Positions 47,512 through 56,459 of a stretch of 64,000 nt of DNA are shown here, piece by piece (position 1 is the stretch's first letter; every line of letters begins with the position of its first letter). The DNA is taken from positions 1-64,000 of the IMG/VR virus record IMGVR_UViG_3300035190_000444, one strand, 5' to 3'. The translations under genes and the position numbers were made by a program. The notes beneath the pieces are model-generated. The model was not told where the DNA came from. It saw nothing but the letters and a program-made list of their open reading frames with translations, and ran no database searches. The stretch comes from a virus (taxonomy: Duplodnaviria; Caudoviricetes).

Positions 47512-47735
47512 TAGAAATATTATCTAATCCACCTGGGATCAGTCGGAAATTATATAATCGCGATGCAGCTTTTTTGTATGTAATTACTCTAGTCCATGAT
47601 GGGCATGCAGACTGGCGATTTCCTACTCCAGACGAATGGGTTGAAGGTCCTTTAGCGTATATGGCATGGCATCAAGGAAGAATTGATAACGATAGATTTT
47701 TCAGCTATCACATATACCCAGTGAGAGATTTATGA
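47508..47735 (+). CDS. mini Lcl-C/DUF1566-like protein, paralogue 7
   Basis: GHADWRFPT..PVRD. Confidence 0.7.
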   Translation: MIEILSNPPGISRKLYNRDAAFLYVITLVHDGHADWRFPTPDEWVEGPLAYMAWHQGRIDNDRFFSYHIYPVRDL

Positions 47736-48031
47736 AATATCATAAACCATTAAGTGTACATTATCTACCAGTAGATCCAAATCCTAACAGGATGTCTTTA
47801 CATGAAGCAGTTATGTATTGTACATTCTTAGAGTTTGAAGGAAAGAAAGGATGGCGATTACCCACTAGTAGTGAAGTAGATGAGATTTATGCTCTCAGAG
47901 AAGCAACTCGGTGTAATTCGTTTATATACAAACCAAAGTATGTGTGGACACAAGATGATTTAGACAATCCGTCATCACACGATCCTCACAATCGCGGACG
48001 TGTATTGGCAGTAAGGACTAAGCATGATTGA
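47732..48031 (+). CDS. mini Lcl-C/DUF1566-like protein, paralogue 8
   Basis: EAVMYC..GKKGWRLPT..YVWT..AVR. Confidence 0.75.
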   Translation: MKYHKPLSVHYLPVDPNPNRMSLHEAVMYCTFLEFEGKKGWRLPTSSEVDEIYALREATRCNSFIYKPKYVWTQDDLDNPSSHDPHNRGRVLAVRTKHD

Positions 48032-48275
48032 GCATGCAAACGAATCGCCGCACAAGATAACATGTGACGAATCATGGTTGTACTGTGCTACCCTAACTCA
48101 TAATAACAAGTATGATTGGAGGATGCCAACATATGACGAACGAATGAAATTAGAATTCTTTGATACATGGGATATAGTTGACTATATTGGTAGGCCTAAC
48201 GCTGCGTGGTTAAACTATAATGCAACCTGTTTTATTATACCAGTGAGGGATATAAATGAAAAAAACAAAGTATAA
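48024..48275 (+). CDS. mini Lcl-C/DUF1566-like protein, paralogue 9
   Basis: WLYCATL..KYDWRMPT..PVRD. Confidence 0.75.
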   Translation: MIEHANESPHKITCDESWLYCATLTHNNKYDWRMPTYDERMKLEFFDTWDIVDYIGRPNAAWLNYNATCFIIPVRDINEKNKV

Positions 48276-48609
48276 ATCAGCTGAAGAAAAGCGTAAAGCA
48301 TTAGAAGCTGAGAAGCAATGGTTAGCTATGGCAAAGCAACACGGATTATCTACCAAACCATCTAGTTCTAAATCTCTTAAAGACGCACTTAAGAAACAGT
48401 CATATACTCCGCCTGCACCAACATATAGAGGTAGTGATAGTAAACCTCCCAGTTTAGTTACAACTACTAAAGGTGGCGGCAGTCGTATTGAACCTCCTAA
48501 GTATACAGGTACTTTGATTAAAGGATGTGCGCAAATGCACAAAAGTAATTTAGTTCCTGTTATCAACCAAGAGCAAGCAACTGAGATTTCACGGATGCGT
48601 AGAGGATGA
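48256..48609 (+). CDS. basic hypothetical phage protein
   Basis: YTG...G..QMHKSNLVPV...ISRMRR. Confidence 0.65.
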   Translation: MKKTKYKSAEEKRKALEAEKQWLAMAKQHGLSTKPSSSKSLKDALKKQSYTPPAPTYRGSDSKPPSLVTTTKGGGSRIEPPKYTGTLIKGCAQMHKSNLVPVINQEQATEISRMRRG

Positions 48610-48815
48610 TAGAATTCGCCCCAACGTTCTTCCCTCAGCTAACATATGACGAAGCATGGGTATACTGTCTTATATTAGAACATAATGGGCACAAGGATTG
48701 GCGCATGCCAACTCATAAAGAATGGGCTAGCAGAAATGAATTACTTGGTTGGTATGAAAACGCAAAAACTGTAAAGAAGTTTCGAATTGTTTGTCCAGTA
48801 AGGGAACAAATATGA
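48606..48815 (+). CDS. mini Lcl-C/DUF1566-like protein, paralogue 10
   Basis: DEAWVYC..GHKDWRMPT..PVRE. Confidence 0.75.
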   Translation: MIEFAPTFFPQLTYDEAWVYCLILEHNGHKDWRMPTHKEWASRNELLGWYENAKTVKKFRIVCPVREQI

Positions 48816-49225
48816 AATGGTTTAACCGAATATTCAATTGTAATGTATATTTAAAATTTGACGTACCTACGAATCCTTATGGCGACAACAGAGTGCGTTA
48901 TGTTGTAGGAGTCCCGGTTAATCACTATGAGAAAAAAATCATTGAAATCGTTTATACTGGACTATTATGTTCTAGTGCTGATGAAGCAACGATGCATTTG
49001 TTTATGCTGAGTAAGCATGATGGAAAGAGAGGATGGCGACTACCTACAATGAATGAAGCTATATACTGTTCGAACCTATCAGTAATTAGACATTTCTCTG
49101 ATTGGAATTCACTCAGAGCTCCATTAGAATTAGTTTTAGTAAGAGATGTTACAGAAGATGAGTATAACTATTACAATGGACCTATAACACGTTTCTTTAA
49201 GCAGTTTGCGCAGTGGACTTATTGA
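48812..49225 (+). CDS. mini Lcl-C/DUF1566-like protein, paralogue 11 (N- and C-terminally extended)
   Basis: DEA..GKRGWRLPT..LVRD. Confidence 0.7.
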   Translation: MKWFNRIFNCNVYLKFDVPTNPYGDNRVRYVVGVPVNHYEKKIIEIVYTGLLCSSADEATMHLFMLSKHDGKRGWRLPTMNEAIYCSNLSVIRHFSDWNSLRAPLELVLVRDVTEDEYNYYNGPITRFFKQFAQWTY

Positions 49226-49256
49226 TAGCTAAATAGCAGACAATAAGGAGAGTGTT

Positions 49257-50336
49257 ATGTCAAAAGAAGAAGTAGGTACAGGTGTAAGCCAAGAAGAGTC
49301 AGTTACGCTTAATGGCGTAACAATAACAGAAGAATCACATGCTGATGTATATGCCGAAGCACACGCAGGTGCAAGTGCGGAAGTAACTGATACAAGCGCA
49401 TCAGCAGAAGCACACGCAGGTGCAAGTATTGGCGCAGAAGCCGGTGCAAGTGTTACAGTAGGTGATGTTACATTAGAAGCTGAAGCACACGCTACTGCAG
49501 AAGTTGAAGCTACTGCTGAAGCAAGTGCAGGATGGACAGGTACAGATGTAGTTGTTGAAGCTAGTGCAAGTGTTGAAGCTCGTGCTGAAGTTGGAGCAAG
49601 TGCATCAGTTGGTAATGAAGATGTTGGTACAGTTAGTGTTTCGGGTGGCGCGTATGCTGAAGCTCATGCCGGTGTTGAAGCCGAAGCATCAGTCGGGTTA
49701 CATGGCGCAGAAGGACACGCAGGAGCATCAGTAGGTGCAAGTGTTGGTGTAGAAGCTAATGCAGTAGCAGAAAGCCATGGCGTGTCTGCTGAAGCAGGTG
49801 CAGGTGTTAGCATTGGATTACAAGCCGGTGCAGAAGTTGGAGGTGGTGCAACTGTACACGGCAATACCGTTAGCATAGGTGTAGAAGGTGAAATAGAGTT
49901 ATTAGCTGGTGTAGAATTTAATGCTGAATTATCAGTTGATACTACTCCAGTTGTAGACGCAGTTGATCAAGCAGCATTAGAGTCAGCTCGTTTTGCGCAT
50001 GAGCAAGCGGAAATTGTTGCTAAAGAAGCTCAAGAAGCTGCCCGCATTGCTAATGAAGAAGCTAATCGTATTGCAAGAGAAGCTCAAGAACAAGCAGATC
50101 GTGCAGCTAGAGAAGCACTTGAGCAAGCACAACGCGCAGCTAGAGAAGCACAAGAAGCATCTGAAAGAGCAATTAGAGAAGCACAAGAAGCATCTGAACG
50201 AGCAACTAGAGCAGCACAAGAAGCCGCAGAAAGCGCAGCTAGAGAAGCAGATCGTGTAGCTAACGAAGCTAGAGAAGCAGCCAATCGCGCAGCAAATGAA
50301 ATGAATAAAGCACTTAAAAAAGTAAAGTTCTGGTAA
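49257..50336 (+). CDS. A/E/G/V-rich repeat protein with C-terminal 11-residue coiled coil
   Basis: AEAHAGAS repeats then AREAQE.S.RA repeats; AAGGAG RBS; TAAATA upstream. Confidence 0.8.
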   Translation: MSKEEVGTGVSQEESVTLNGVTITEESHADVYAEAHAGASAEVTDTSASAEAHAGASIGAEAGASVTVGDVTLEAEAHATAEVEATAEASAGWTGTDVVVEASASVEARAEVGASASVGNEDVGTVSVSGGAYAEAHAGVEAEASVGLHGAEGHAGASVGASVGVEANAVAESHGVSAEAGAGVSIGLQAGAEVGGGATVHGNTVSIGVEGEIELLAGVEFNAELSVDTTPVVDAVDQAALESARFAHEQAEIVAKEAQEAARIANEEANRIAREAQEQADRAAREALEQAQRAAREAQEASERAIREAQEASERATRAAQEAAESAAREADRVANEAREAANRAANEMNKALKKVKFW

Positions 50337-50443
50337 AAGGCCCCGCTGTAACATGTATAGAGTAAACTTTCAGTTGACAAATTGTAAAGTTTACTTTATA
50401 CTTTAATTTGTTTTAAACATTCACACAGTAAAAAGGAGAAGTT

Positions 50444-50704
50444 ATGCAAAAAATTATCTTATCTGCACTTCAATCTGGTGCAAAGACTCCAATAGAACTT
50501 TATGACCTGTGTAGATGTGATCCATATGATTTTGCAAGGATGCTAACTGATTTAGCAGATTCTGAAAAGATCGAACGACGCATTATCATTCCTAATCATG
50601 ATCAAATATACCGCTCACTAACATTAATCCCTAATAATGTAATTGACGGATTGCCTTGGGACGCTATTCGGATAGAATACCGTTTGACAAATAAAACACA
50701 CTAA
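50444..50704 (+). CDS. possible winged-helix protein
   Basis: ILSALQSGAKTPIELY...L.DL....KIER. Confidence 0.5.
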   Translation: MQKIILSALQSGAKTPIELYDLCRCDPYDFARMLTDLADSEKIERRIIIPNHDQIYRSLTLIPNNVIDGLPWDAIRIEYRLTNKTH

Positions 50705-50742
50705 TATATAATAAACACTTTACAACAACACAAGGAGTTACA

Positions 50743-50958
50743 ATGCTAATTGGAACAAATCCGCAAGGAGATAATGTAATGGTTATTGATGATATGATTT
50801 TAAATTATTCATATTGGGATTGTGATTGCTCACATGCATATCTAAGATCAGTAAAACAACACCATTGCAATGAATGTGGAGCAGATAGAGATGACAGCGA
50901 AGTATCTCAAGAAGCAGAAGTACAACTTTTTATCTATAACCATACCTCACAGGAGTAA
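50743..50958 (+). CDS. small zinc-ribbon-like protein
   Basis: WDCDC...CNECG. Confidence 0.55.
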   Translation: MLIGTNPQGDNVMVIDDMILNYSYWDCDCSHAYLRSVKQHHCNECGADRDDSEVSQEAEVQLFIYNHTSQE

Positions 50959-50960
50959 CT

Positions 50961-52007
50961 ATGACAGCAGAAATAACCATTTTTGATAACGTACACGGCG
51001 ATATAAAATCATTGCCATCAGACATGCAAGCTTCAGTTATTAAAGAGTTAGCTCAACAAGTACATGATAATCCTAAATTATCAAATAAGTTTATTACATT
51101 CTTACAGACTAATCTTGATCCTGTTATGGCAGTATACGGTTATTACTATTCAATTGACGAAGGATTACTGCAGCCAACTGCTCGTAACTTTCAAACAACT
51201 ATGTTATTTGAACAAGAGTTTAATCATTTAATCAAATATCTTACGCCTAGCAAAAAGGCAACACTCTATGAATCGGTTGCAGATGGAATTGGCTTAACTC
51301 AGATTGAGCTAGAACTAACTAGTCCATTCGAATTACAACCTGAAGATGAGATTGGCACTGGTACATGGGAATACGTTGAACCTGAGTTACCTGAAATCGA
51401 TGATGACGATACAGCAAATCCAGCTACTACGACAATAACAAGTACTCCAGGTACTATTAAGATTCCATTAAAAGATATTCTTGATACTGCCGCTAAAAAG
51501 GTATTTGGTGTAGGTGTTAAAAAGACTGATGCTGAAAAAGATCAAGAACAAGATGATCGTGATGCCTACCATGTATACACTCAGTATCTATATCAGTTCA
51601 CTGGTGCATGGTTCCCTAACGACGCTCCTACTATTAATGTAGTATCGCAAAAGTTTTGGGATGAACATGAATGTATTGATGATCAACACATTTCAGAGTA
51701 CTTAGAATCGATTATTCCAGATTGGTCTAATAACTGGTGTGAAACTACGGACAGTGTATTTGAATACACTGGCGGTTCAACTAAAGCAGAAGCTATTGCT
51801 TATTTAAAAGCAACAGGGTTCTTTAAACAAAAAGAACTATTTGATGTTGAATTTAGTAAAGCAGGTATCTTACTAAGTTATCTTGAAGGTCAACCTGAAG
51901 AAGTAATTTCTAAGTTTCTCAAAGAGGCACTTACACATCTTGATGATAGCCAAATTCAAGACTTAATTCAAAAGTATGAAGACGCTTGGCACGAAGAGGA
52001 TGAATAA
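50961..52007 (+). CDS. acidic hypothetical protein
   Basis: 348 aa ORF, AGGAG RBS. Confidence 0.7.
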   Translation: MTAEITIFDNVHGDIKSLPSDMQASVIKELAQQVHDNPKLSNKFITFLQTNLDPVMAVYGYYYSIDEGLLQPTARNFQTTMLFEQEFNHLIKYLTPSKKATLYESVADGIGLTQIELELTSPFELQPEDEIGTGTWEYVEPELPEIDDDDTANPATTTITSTPGTIKIPLKDILDTAAKKVFGVGVKKTDAEKDQEQDDRDAYHVYTQYLYQFTGAWFPNDAPTINVVSQKFWDEHECIDDQHISEYLESIIPDWSNNWCETTDSVFEYTGGSTKAEAIAYLKATGFFKQKELFDVEFSKAGILLSYLEGQPEEVISKFLKEALTHLDDSQIQDLIQKYEDAWHEEDE

Positions 52008-52076
52008 ATAACTGCTTGCACATCCGCGTGTAGTTTGTTATAATATGTTTTTACTTACTAACACGCGGAGCTTACA

Positions 52077-52781
52077 GTGTTTCTTTTACTATCAACTAGC
52101 AACATCAAAACACAAAAAGGTGTTAAATTAGGATATGCTACTTATGTCTTACACTTATCACCATCTGATCTCAGTGGTGTTATCAACACTTGCCCAAAAG
52201 CAACACTAGGTTGCAAAATAGGTTGCCTAAACACTTCAGGTCACGGCGGCATGTACACTGACATTGAAGACAGTGTAGTTCAACAAGCTCGCATACGCAA
52301 AACAAAATGGTTTGCTACCGGACGCGACAGCTTCTTAGAAGCTCTAGTGCTTGACATCCAACGCGCAATCAAACAAGCTACGAAGAAAGGTCTTATTCCT
52401 GTATTTCGCCTCAATGGCACAAGTGATCTCTCATGGGAGAAATACAAAATTAACGGTAAGAATATCTTTGAACTATTTCCAACTGTTCAATTCTACGACT
52501 ACACTAAGGTGTTGCATCGTAAAGTTGGACACATCCATAACTATCATTTAACATTCTCTAGAGGCGAGTCTAATCAAGCAGAGGTTGATTATGCTATTGC
52601 TAACGGTATGAATGTTGCTTATGTATTTGATAAAACTCCAGCAACATACGATGGTATGACTGTATTTGATGGCGACGACACTGACTTACGATTCCTTGAT
52701 CCGACAGGTGTAATTGTAGGTCTTAAGGCAAAAGGTCGCGCACGTAAAGACACTAGTGGGTTTGTAATTAGAACAAAATAG
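52077..52781 (+). CDS. Gp88-like Cys-cluster protein (radical-SAM-like)
   Basis: TCPKAT.GC...CL..SG.G, RLNGTSD, FYDYTK, YHLTFS, GD..DLRF.D. Confidence 0.65.
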   Translation: MFLLLSTSNIKTQKGVKLGYATYVLHLSPSDLSGVINTCPKATLGCKIGCLNTSGHGGMYTDIEDSVVQQARIRKTKWFATGRDSFLEALVLDIQRAIKQATKKGLIPVFRLNGTSDLSWEKYKINGKNIFELFPTVQFYDYTKVLHRKVGHIHNYHLTFSRGESNQAEVDYAIANGMNVAYVFDKTPATYDGMTVFDGDDTDLRFLDPTGVIVGLKAKGRARKDTSGFVIRTK

Positions 52782-52788
52782 GATTATT

Positions 52789-53001
52789 ATGATTGAATCA
52801 GGAATAGGTTCTGATCATTTTCTAACATACGATGAAGCCTGGCTCTTTTGTATCACTACTACTCTCTACAATAAGTATGATTGGAGAATGATGACACGAC
52901 GTGAGTTTATAGAGTATAAACCAAGAGAAAAATGGTTCGAAGTCACCGGCGTGTCGCATTTAATAGCCCAGGTACTACCAGTGAGAGATGTAAATGATTA
53001 G
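52789..53001 (+). CDS. mini Lcl-C/DUF1566-like protein, paralogue 12
   Basis: DEAWLFC..KYDWRMMT..PVRD. Confidence 0.7.
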   Translation: MIESGIGSDHFLTYDEAWLFCITTTLYNKYDWRMMTRREFIEYKPREKWFEVTGVSHLIAQVLPVRDVND

Positions 53002-53245
53002 AAGAGATTTAGCTTACAATACACACTTAGAATACTTAGATTATTCTAACTATAAAATGGATTGGGACAGCGCATGGTTATACTGTGCTACCTGTACATA
53101 TAAAGACATGTATGATTGGCGAATGCTTACTCCATATGAATTTCGTAATGATCCATACATACACAGCTGGCATGCCGCTTCACGGAAGAATAACTTTCCA
53201 GCATTTGTATTACCAGTTCGAGATAGAGGCCCCGCTGTAACATGA
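52994..53245 (+). CDS. mini Lcl-C/DUF1566-like protein, paralogue 13
   Basis: AWLYCAT..YDWRMLT..PVRD. Confidence 0.7.
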   Translation: MIRRDLAYNTHLEYLDYSNYKMDWDSAWLYCATCTYKDMYDWRMLTPYEFRNDPYIHSWHAASRKNNFPAFVLPVRDRGPAVT

Positions 53246-53460
53246 GAATAGAAATATCACCAACAACTAATAAAGAATTTACATACGATGAAGCAATAAT
53301 GTACTGCTTTTTTCTTATTATAGACGGCAAAAAAGGATGGAGACTACCTACAAGAGAAGAATATAATTCTTCTGTCAAAATATGGGGATGGCATCAAGAT
53401 GATGATAGATCATCAACATCTGATCTTTTCAAAGTAACCCCAGTGCGGGACTCTGACTAA
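53242..53460 (+). CDS. mini Lcl-C/DUF1566-like protein, paralogue 14
   Basis: DEAIMYC..GKKGWRLPT..PVRD. Confidence 0.75.
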   Translation: MRIEISPTTNKEFTYDEAIMYCFFLIIDGKKGWRLPTREEYNSSVKIWGWHQDDDRSSTSDLFKVTPVRDSD

Positions 53461-53533
53461 ATTATCATTTGCTTACCAATAAATATTTTGCTATAATATA
53501 TTTTTATTTACAAACCTTACGGAGTACATAACT

Positions 53534-53740
53534 ATGGCACACGTAGAACATGGACCAAGATCCGAAAACAAAATGACTTATGATGAAGCAATAATGTATT
53601 GCTTCTGGTTCACTCACAATGGCAAGAAAGGATGGCGTCTTCCAACCTTTCATGAATTTCTAGACGGGAACTCGTGGTATAAGGATGCTGAGATTACTAA
53701 ACGCAAGTGGTACGTAAAACCTGTGAGGGACATAAAATGA
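53534..53740 (+). CDS. mini Lcl-C/DUF1566-like protein, paralogue 15
   Basis: DEAIMYC..GKKGWRLPT..PVRD. Confidence 0.75.
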   Translation: MAHVEHGPRSENKMTYDEAIMYCFWFTHNGKKGWRLPTFHEFLDGNSWYKDAEITKRKWYVKPVRDIK

Positions 53741-54054
53741 ACTTTGAAATAGCACCACGCGACAAATGGTTAGCAGAAACTCCTTACGACCAAGGAGCAA
53801 TGTATTGTTTATTCCTTGAAATTGATGGAAAGAAAGGATGGCGATTGCCAACTAATGAAGAAGCTGACATGTTAGTAAACACAGTAGATCCGGGTAATGA
53901 TTTTGAGAATCCCGAAGTCCTTCCAGAGTTAGAGGAGTTTAATTCCTATTGGTTTGATGCTGATCATTGGGGGTTTTGGACACACGAAGATACAGTTGAC
54001 GACTATGATCTTGACGAATTGTTTACTGCAATTCCAGTAAGGGACATAATATGA
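53737..54054 (+). CDS. mini Lcl-C/DUF1566-like protein, paralogue 16
   Basis: MNFEIAP..AMYC..GWRLPT..FWT..PVRD. Confidence 0.75.
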   Translation: MNFEIAPRDKWLAETPYDQGAMYCLFLEIDGKKGWRLPTNEEADMLVNTVDPGNDFENPEVLPELEEFNSYWFDADHWGFWTHEDTVDDYDLDELFTAIPVRDII

Positions 54055-54344
54055 ACTTTGAAATAGCACCAAAAACAACGGAGATACAAGCCACGTGGGA
54101 TGAAGCAGTTATGTATTGTTTTTTTCTTGAAATAGATGGAAAGAAAGGATGGAGACTGCCTACTAAAGAGGAATTAGATTATATCTACCATTCAAAAAAT
54201 GATTTCATTGATGCCTACTACTGGTCCTCTACTGAGTACAATGGCAGCAGCGCCTGGGGTCAGGTTTTCACCAGTGGCACCCAGTTCAGCTCCAGTAAGA
54301 ACGGCGGCAGCTACTACGTTAGAGCAATAAGGGACATAATATGA
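54051..54344 (+). CDS. Lcl-C/DUF1566 C-type-lectin-fold protein, paralogue 17; probable DGR target
   Basis: WDEA..YC..WRLPTKEEL..YYWSSTE...AW...F..G......K.....YVRAIR. Confidence 0.85.
   Translation: MNFEIAPKTTEIQATWDEAVMYCFFLEIDGKKGWRLPTKEELDYIYHSKNDFIDAYYWSSTEYNGSSAWGQVFTSGTQFSSSKNGGSYYVRAIRDII
54210..54335 (+). repeat. candidate DGR variable repeat (VR)
   Basis: 22 of 36 codons end in C and none in A (54210-54317); no template repeat seen in the window. Confidence 0.65.
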
Positions 54345-54418
54345 ACTTTGAAGTCGCACCTAACGGTGCTCGAACTGATAATTGCCATATGCAAAACTTA
54401 ACTGGAGAACTACGATGA
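54341..54418 (+). pseudogene. truncated start of another mini-lectin paralogue
   Basis: MNFEVAP then diverges and stops after 25 aa. Confidence 0.5.
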
Positions 54419-54891
54419 GAAAATCCCTATCACATAAAGAAATCCTAATACTAAAACTCAATAATCTTTTAGCTACTTCTGAATCACTCGAAGACAAACT
54501 TGTAACCGAGAATAATCAATGGCAATGCCGTGCAACAGTCCTACGCAGCGATATTCAAAATTTGATTGACTATGTAGAATGGTCGGTAGAAGAGAATAGT
54601 ATGAATATTGAAATAGCACCAAAATCTGCCGAGGAGTCATGTAGTTGGGATACTGCACGAACATATTGTTTATTTCTTAACTTTGATGAAAAAACTGATT
54701 GGAGACTTCCAACAAAAGAAGAACTAAATCAAATCTATGAATCAGATAATGATTTTCGTAGTGGTCGATACTGGGCTTCTAATGAACAAAGTGTAGATAC
54801 TGCTTGGAGTCAGAGTTTTGAAAATGGTAGCAGATACCCTAACTTTAAGTTCCACGGTGGCCTCTACGTTAGACCAGTAAGGGACTTATGA
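54415..54891 (+). CDS. Lcl-C/DUF1566 protein, paralogue 18 (62-aa leader fused to the domain starting at 54601)
   Basis: MNIEIAP..WD.A..YC..DWRLPTKEEL..YWAS.E...AW...F..G...YVRPVRD. Confidence 0.8.
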   Translation: MRKSLSHKEILILKLNNLLATSESLEDKLVTENNQWQCRATVLRSDIQNLIDYVEWSVEENSMNIEIAPKSAEESCSWDTARTYCLFLNFDEKTDWRLPTKEELNQIYESDNDFRSGRYWASNEQSVDTAWSQSFENGSRYPNFKFHGGLYVRPVRDL

Positions 54892-55133
54892 TTATTGATT
54901 ATATGATTGATCGTGCTCCGCCACGTATAGTAAACAACTATGAAGAGGCTTGGCTGTATTGCCTTACCTGTAATCATGATGGGCATAATGATTGGAGGTT
55001 ACCTACGGTAGACGAATGGCAATATTCGTCTACAACCTCAATGCCTTTAGAAGCTTATTATGAAAACAATTATTTCTTTAAAGTTGAACCGGCTATGCAG
55101 AATAAGGCAGTTCCGGTACGTGAAGTAAAATAG
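54888..55133 (+). CDS. mini Lcl-C/DUF1566-like protein, paralogue 19
   Basis: EEAWLYC..GHNDWRLPT..PVRE. Confidence 0.75.
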   Translation: MIIDYMIDRAPPRIVNNYEEAWLYCLTCNHDGHNDWRLPTVDEWQYSSTTSMPLEAYYENNYFFKVEPAMQNKAVPVREVK

Positions 55134-55220
55134 TCTTTACAAATCAACAAATAATTGTTATACTATATTTTTTTAAACACTACAGCAAGCAAGGCCCCGC
55201 TGTATATACAGGAGAATAAC

Positions 55221-55808
55221 ATGGCAACACGTAGCGCAATTGGTTATATGAGAAACGATGGTACTGTTCGGGCAGTGTACGTGCATTGGGACGGTTACTT
55301 ATCACATGTTGGTAAAACACTTATTGAGAACTATGACTTAATTGGTGTAGGCGATTTATGTGATTTAGGTGACATAAGCTCATTAGGCGAAACAATTGAA
55401 GATACTGAGTTTTACGGACGCGATCGCAACGAAGATGATATTGAAGCACATGAGTTTGCATCTGAACATGAGTTTGTAGATTGGTATGATGATTCTGAGT
55501 TTTTCTATTTAATAAAAGATGACACATGGTATGTGTCAGAACATTGCGCAGAGTTCTTGTTACTTGCAGATCGTTTAAAAGCTACAAAAGTTGAGTATAC
55601 CGATTATATTCGCCCAGATGAAACAACAACATCCTACAGTGCAAGAGATGCAGTAGTAGCAATGGTAGCTGATGGTGTAGTTGAACCAGTGTATATGATT
55701 AAGTTGTTACTTGATCGCATTGATCCAGAAACATTAGAAGAACTGTTGAAAGAAGAATTCAACATTGACGATATGATTCCAGAATGTTACTTTGAGGAGA
55801 ACGAATAA
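55221..55808 (+). CDS. hypothetical phage protein (MATRSAIG...YVHWDGY)
   Basis: AGGAG RBS before MATRS. Confidence 0.7.
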   Translation: MATRSAIGYMRNDGTVRAVYVHWDGYLSHVGKTLIENYDLIGVGDLCDLGDISSLGETIEDTEFYGRDRNEDDIEAHEFASEHEFVDWYDDSEFFYLIKDDTWYVSEHCAEFLLLADRLKATKVEYTDYIRPDETTTSYSARDAVVAMVADGVVEPVYMIKLLLDRIDPETLEELLKEEFNIDDMIPECYFEENE

Positions 55809-56068
55809 TGGCAGACGCTAAAGTTAAAAAGCCAGTTGTAAAGAAACGTATTGTAGAAGTTGACAACTACAAGATTCGTATTGCCGAAACAGACTTACCT
55901 CACAATGGTAAAGTAACATTAGATGGACCTCATATGCAAGAACGTGGTCCTAATTTAGAACTTATCGTATACGCAACTGCTAACAGTGACACATATGAAC
56001 CAGGTAGGCGATATGCGTGTTTCTATACACTAAAAGGTAAACGTACTGGATATTTTACAATCAATTAG
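55808..56068 (+). CDS. hypothetical protein
   Basis: Coupled ORF. Confidence 0.6.
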   Translation: MADAKVKKPVVKKRIVEVDNYKIRIAETDLPHNGKVTLDGPHMQERGPNLELIVYATANSDTYEPGRRYACFYTLKGKRTGYFTIN

Positions 56069-56218
56069 GAGGCCCTGTGCTCAAGAGCGAAGTATTTGAA
56101 AACAATGTAATTAAGGCACTTGAAGATTACATAAATTACAACAATCAGATAACTCCTCTTAGTGAGGATTTCTTTCATCGGATTGAAGCACTGAAACAAA
56201 AAGCACAGGAGTTACAGA

Positions 56219-56452
56219 ATGAAGCTAACAAATCATGATATGATTTTAGTTGCCTTACAACCATATAAAGGCCAAGAACTATCGTATGCCAAGATAAAAG
56301 AATTAGTGTCGGCAAGATTTCCTGATTTTAACTTAGGTAGTCTCCAGCCAAATGATCATTCTCAACTTGGTAACAAGAATTGTTGCAGATGTGTAGGTTC
56401 AAATCGGCAGCTATTTATTAATCGAGGTCGTGCCACCTATCAAGTTTTATAG
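56219..56452 (+). CDS. hypothetical protein
   Basis: AGGAG RBS. Confidence 0.6.
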   Translation: MKLTNHDMILVALQPYKGQELSYAKIKELVSARFPDFNLGSLQPNDHSQLGNKNCCRCVGSNRQLFINRGRATYQVL

Positions 56453-56459
56453 GACTAAC

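Noticed and set aside
49552-50380. Overlapping alternative-frame ORFs in the A/E-rich gene
   Set aside because: By-products of the repetitive codons of 49257-50336.
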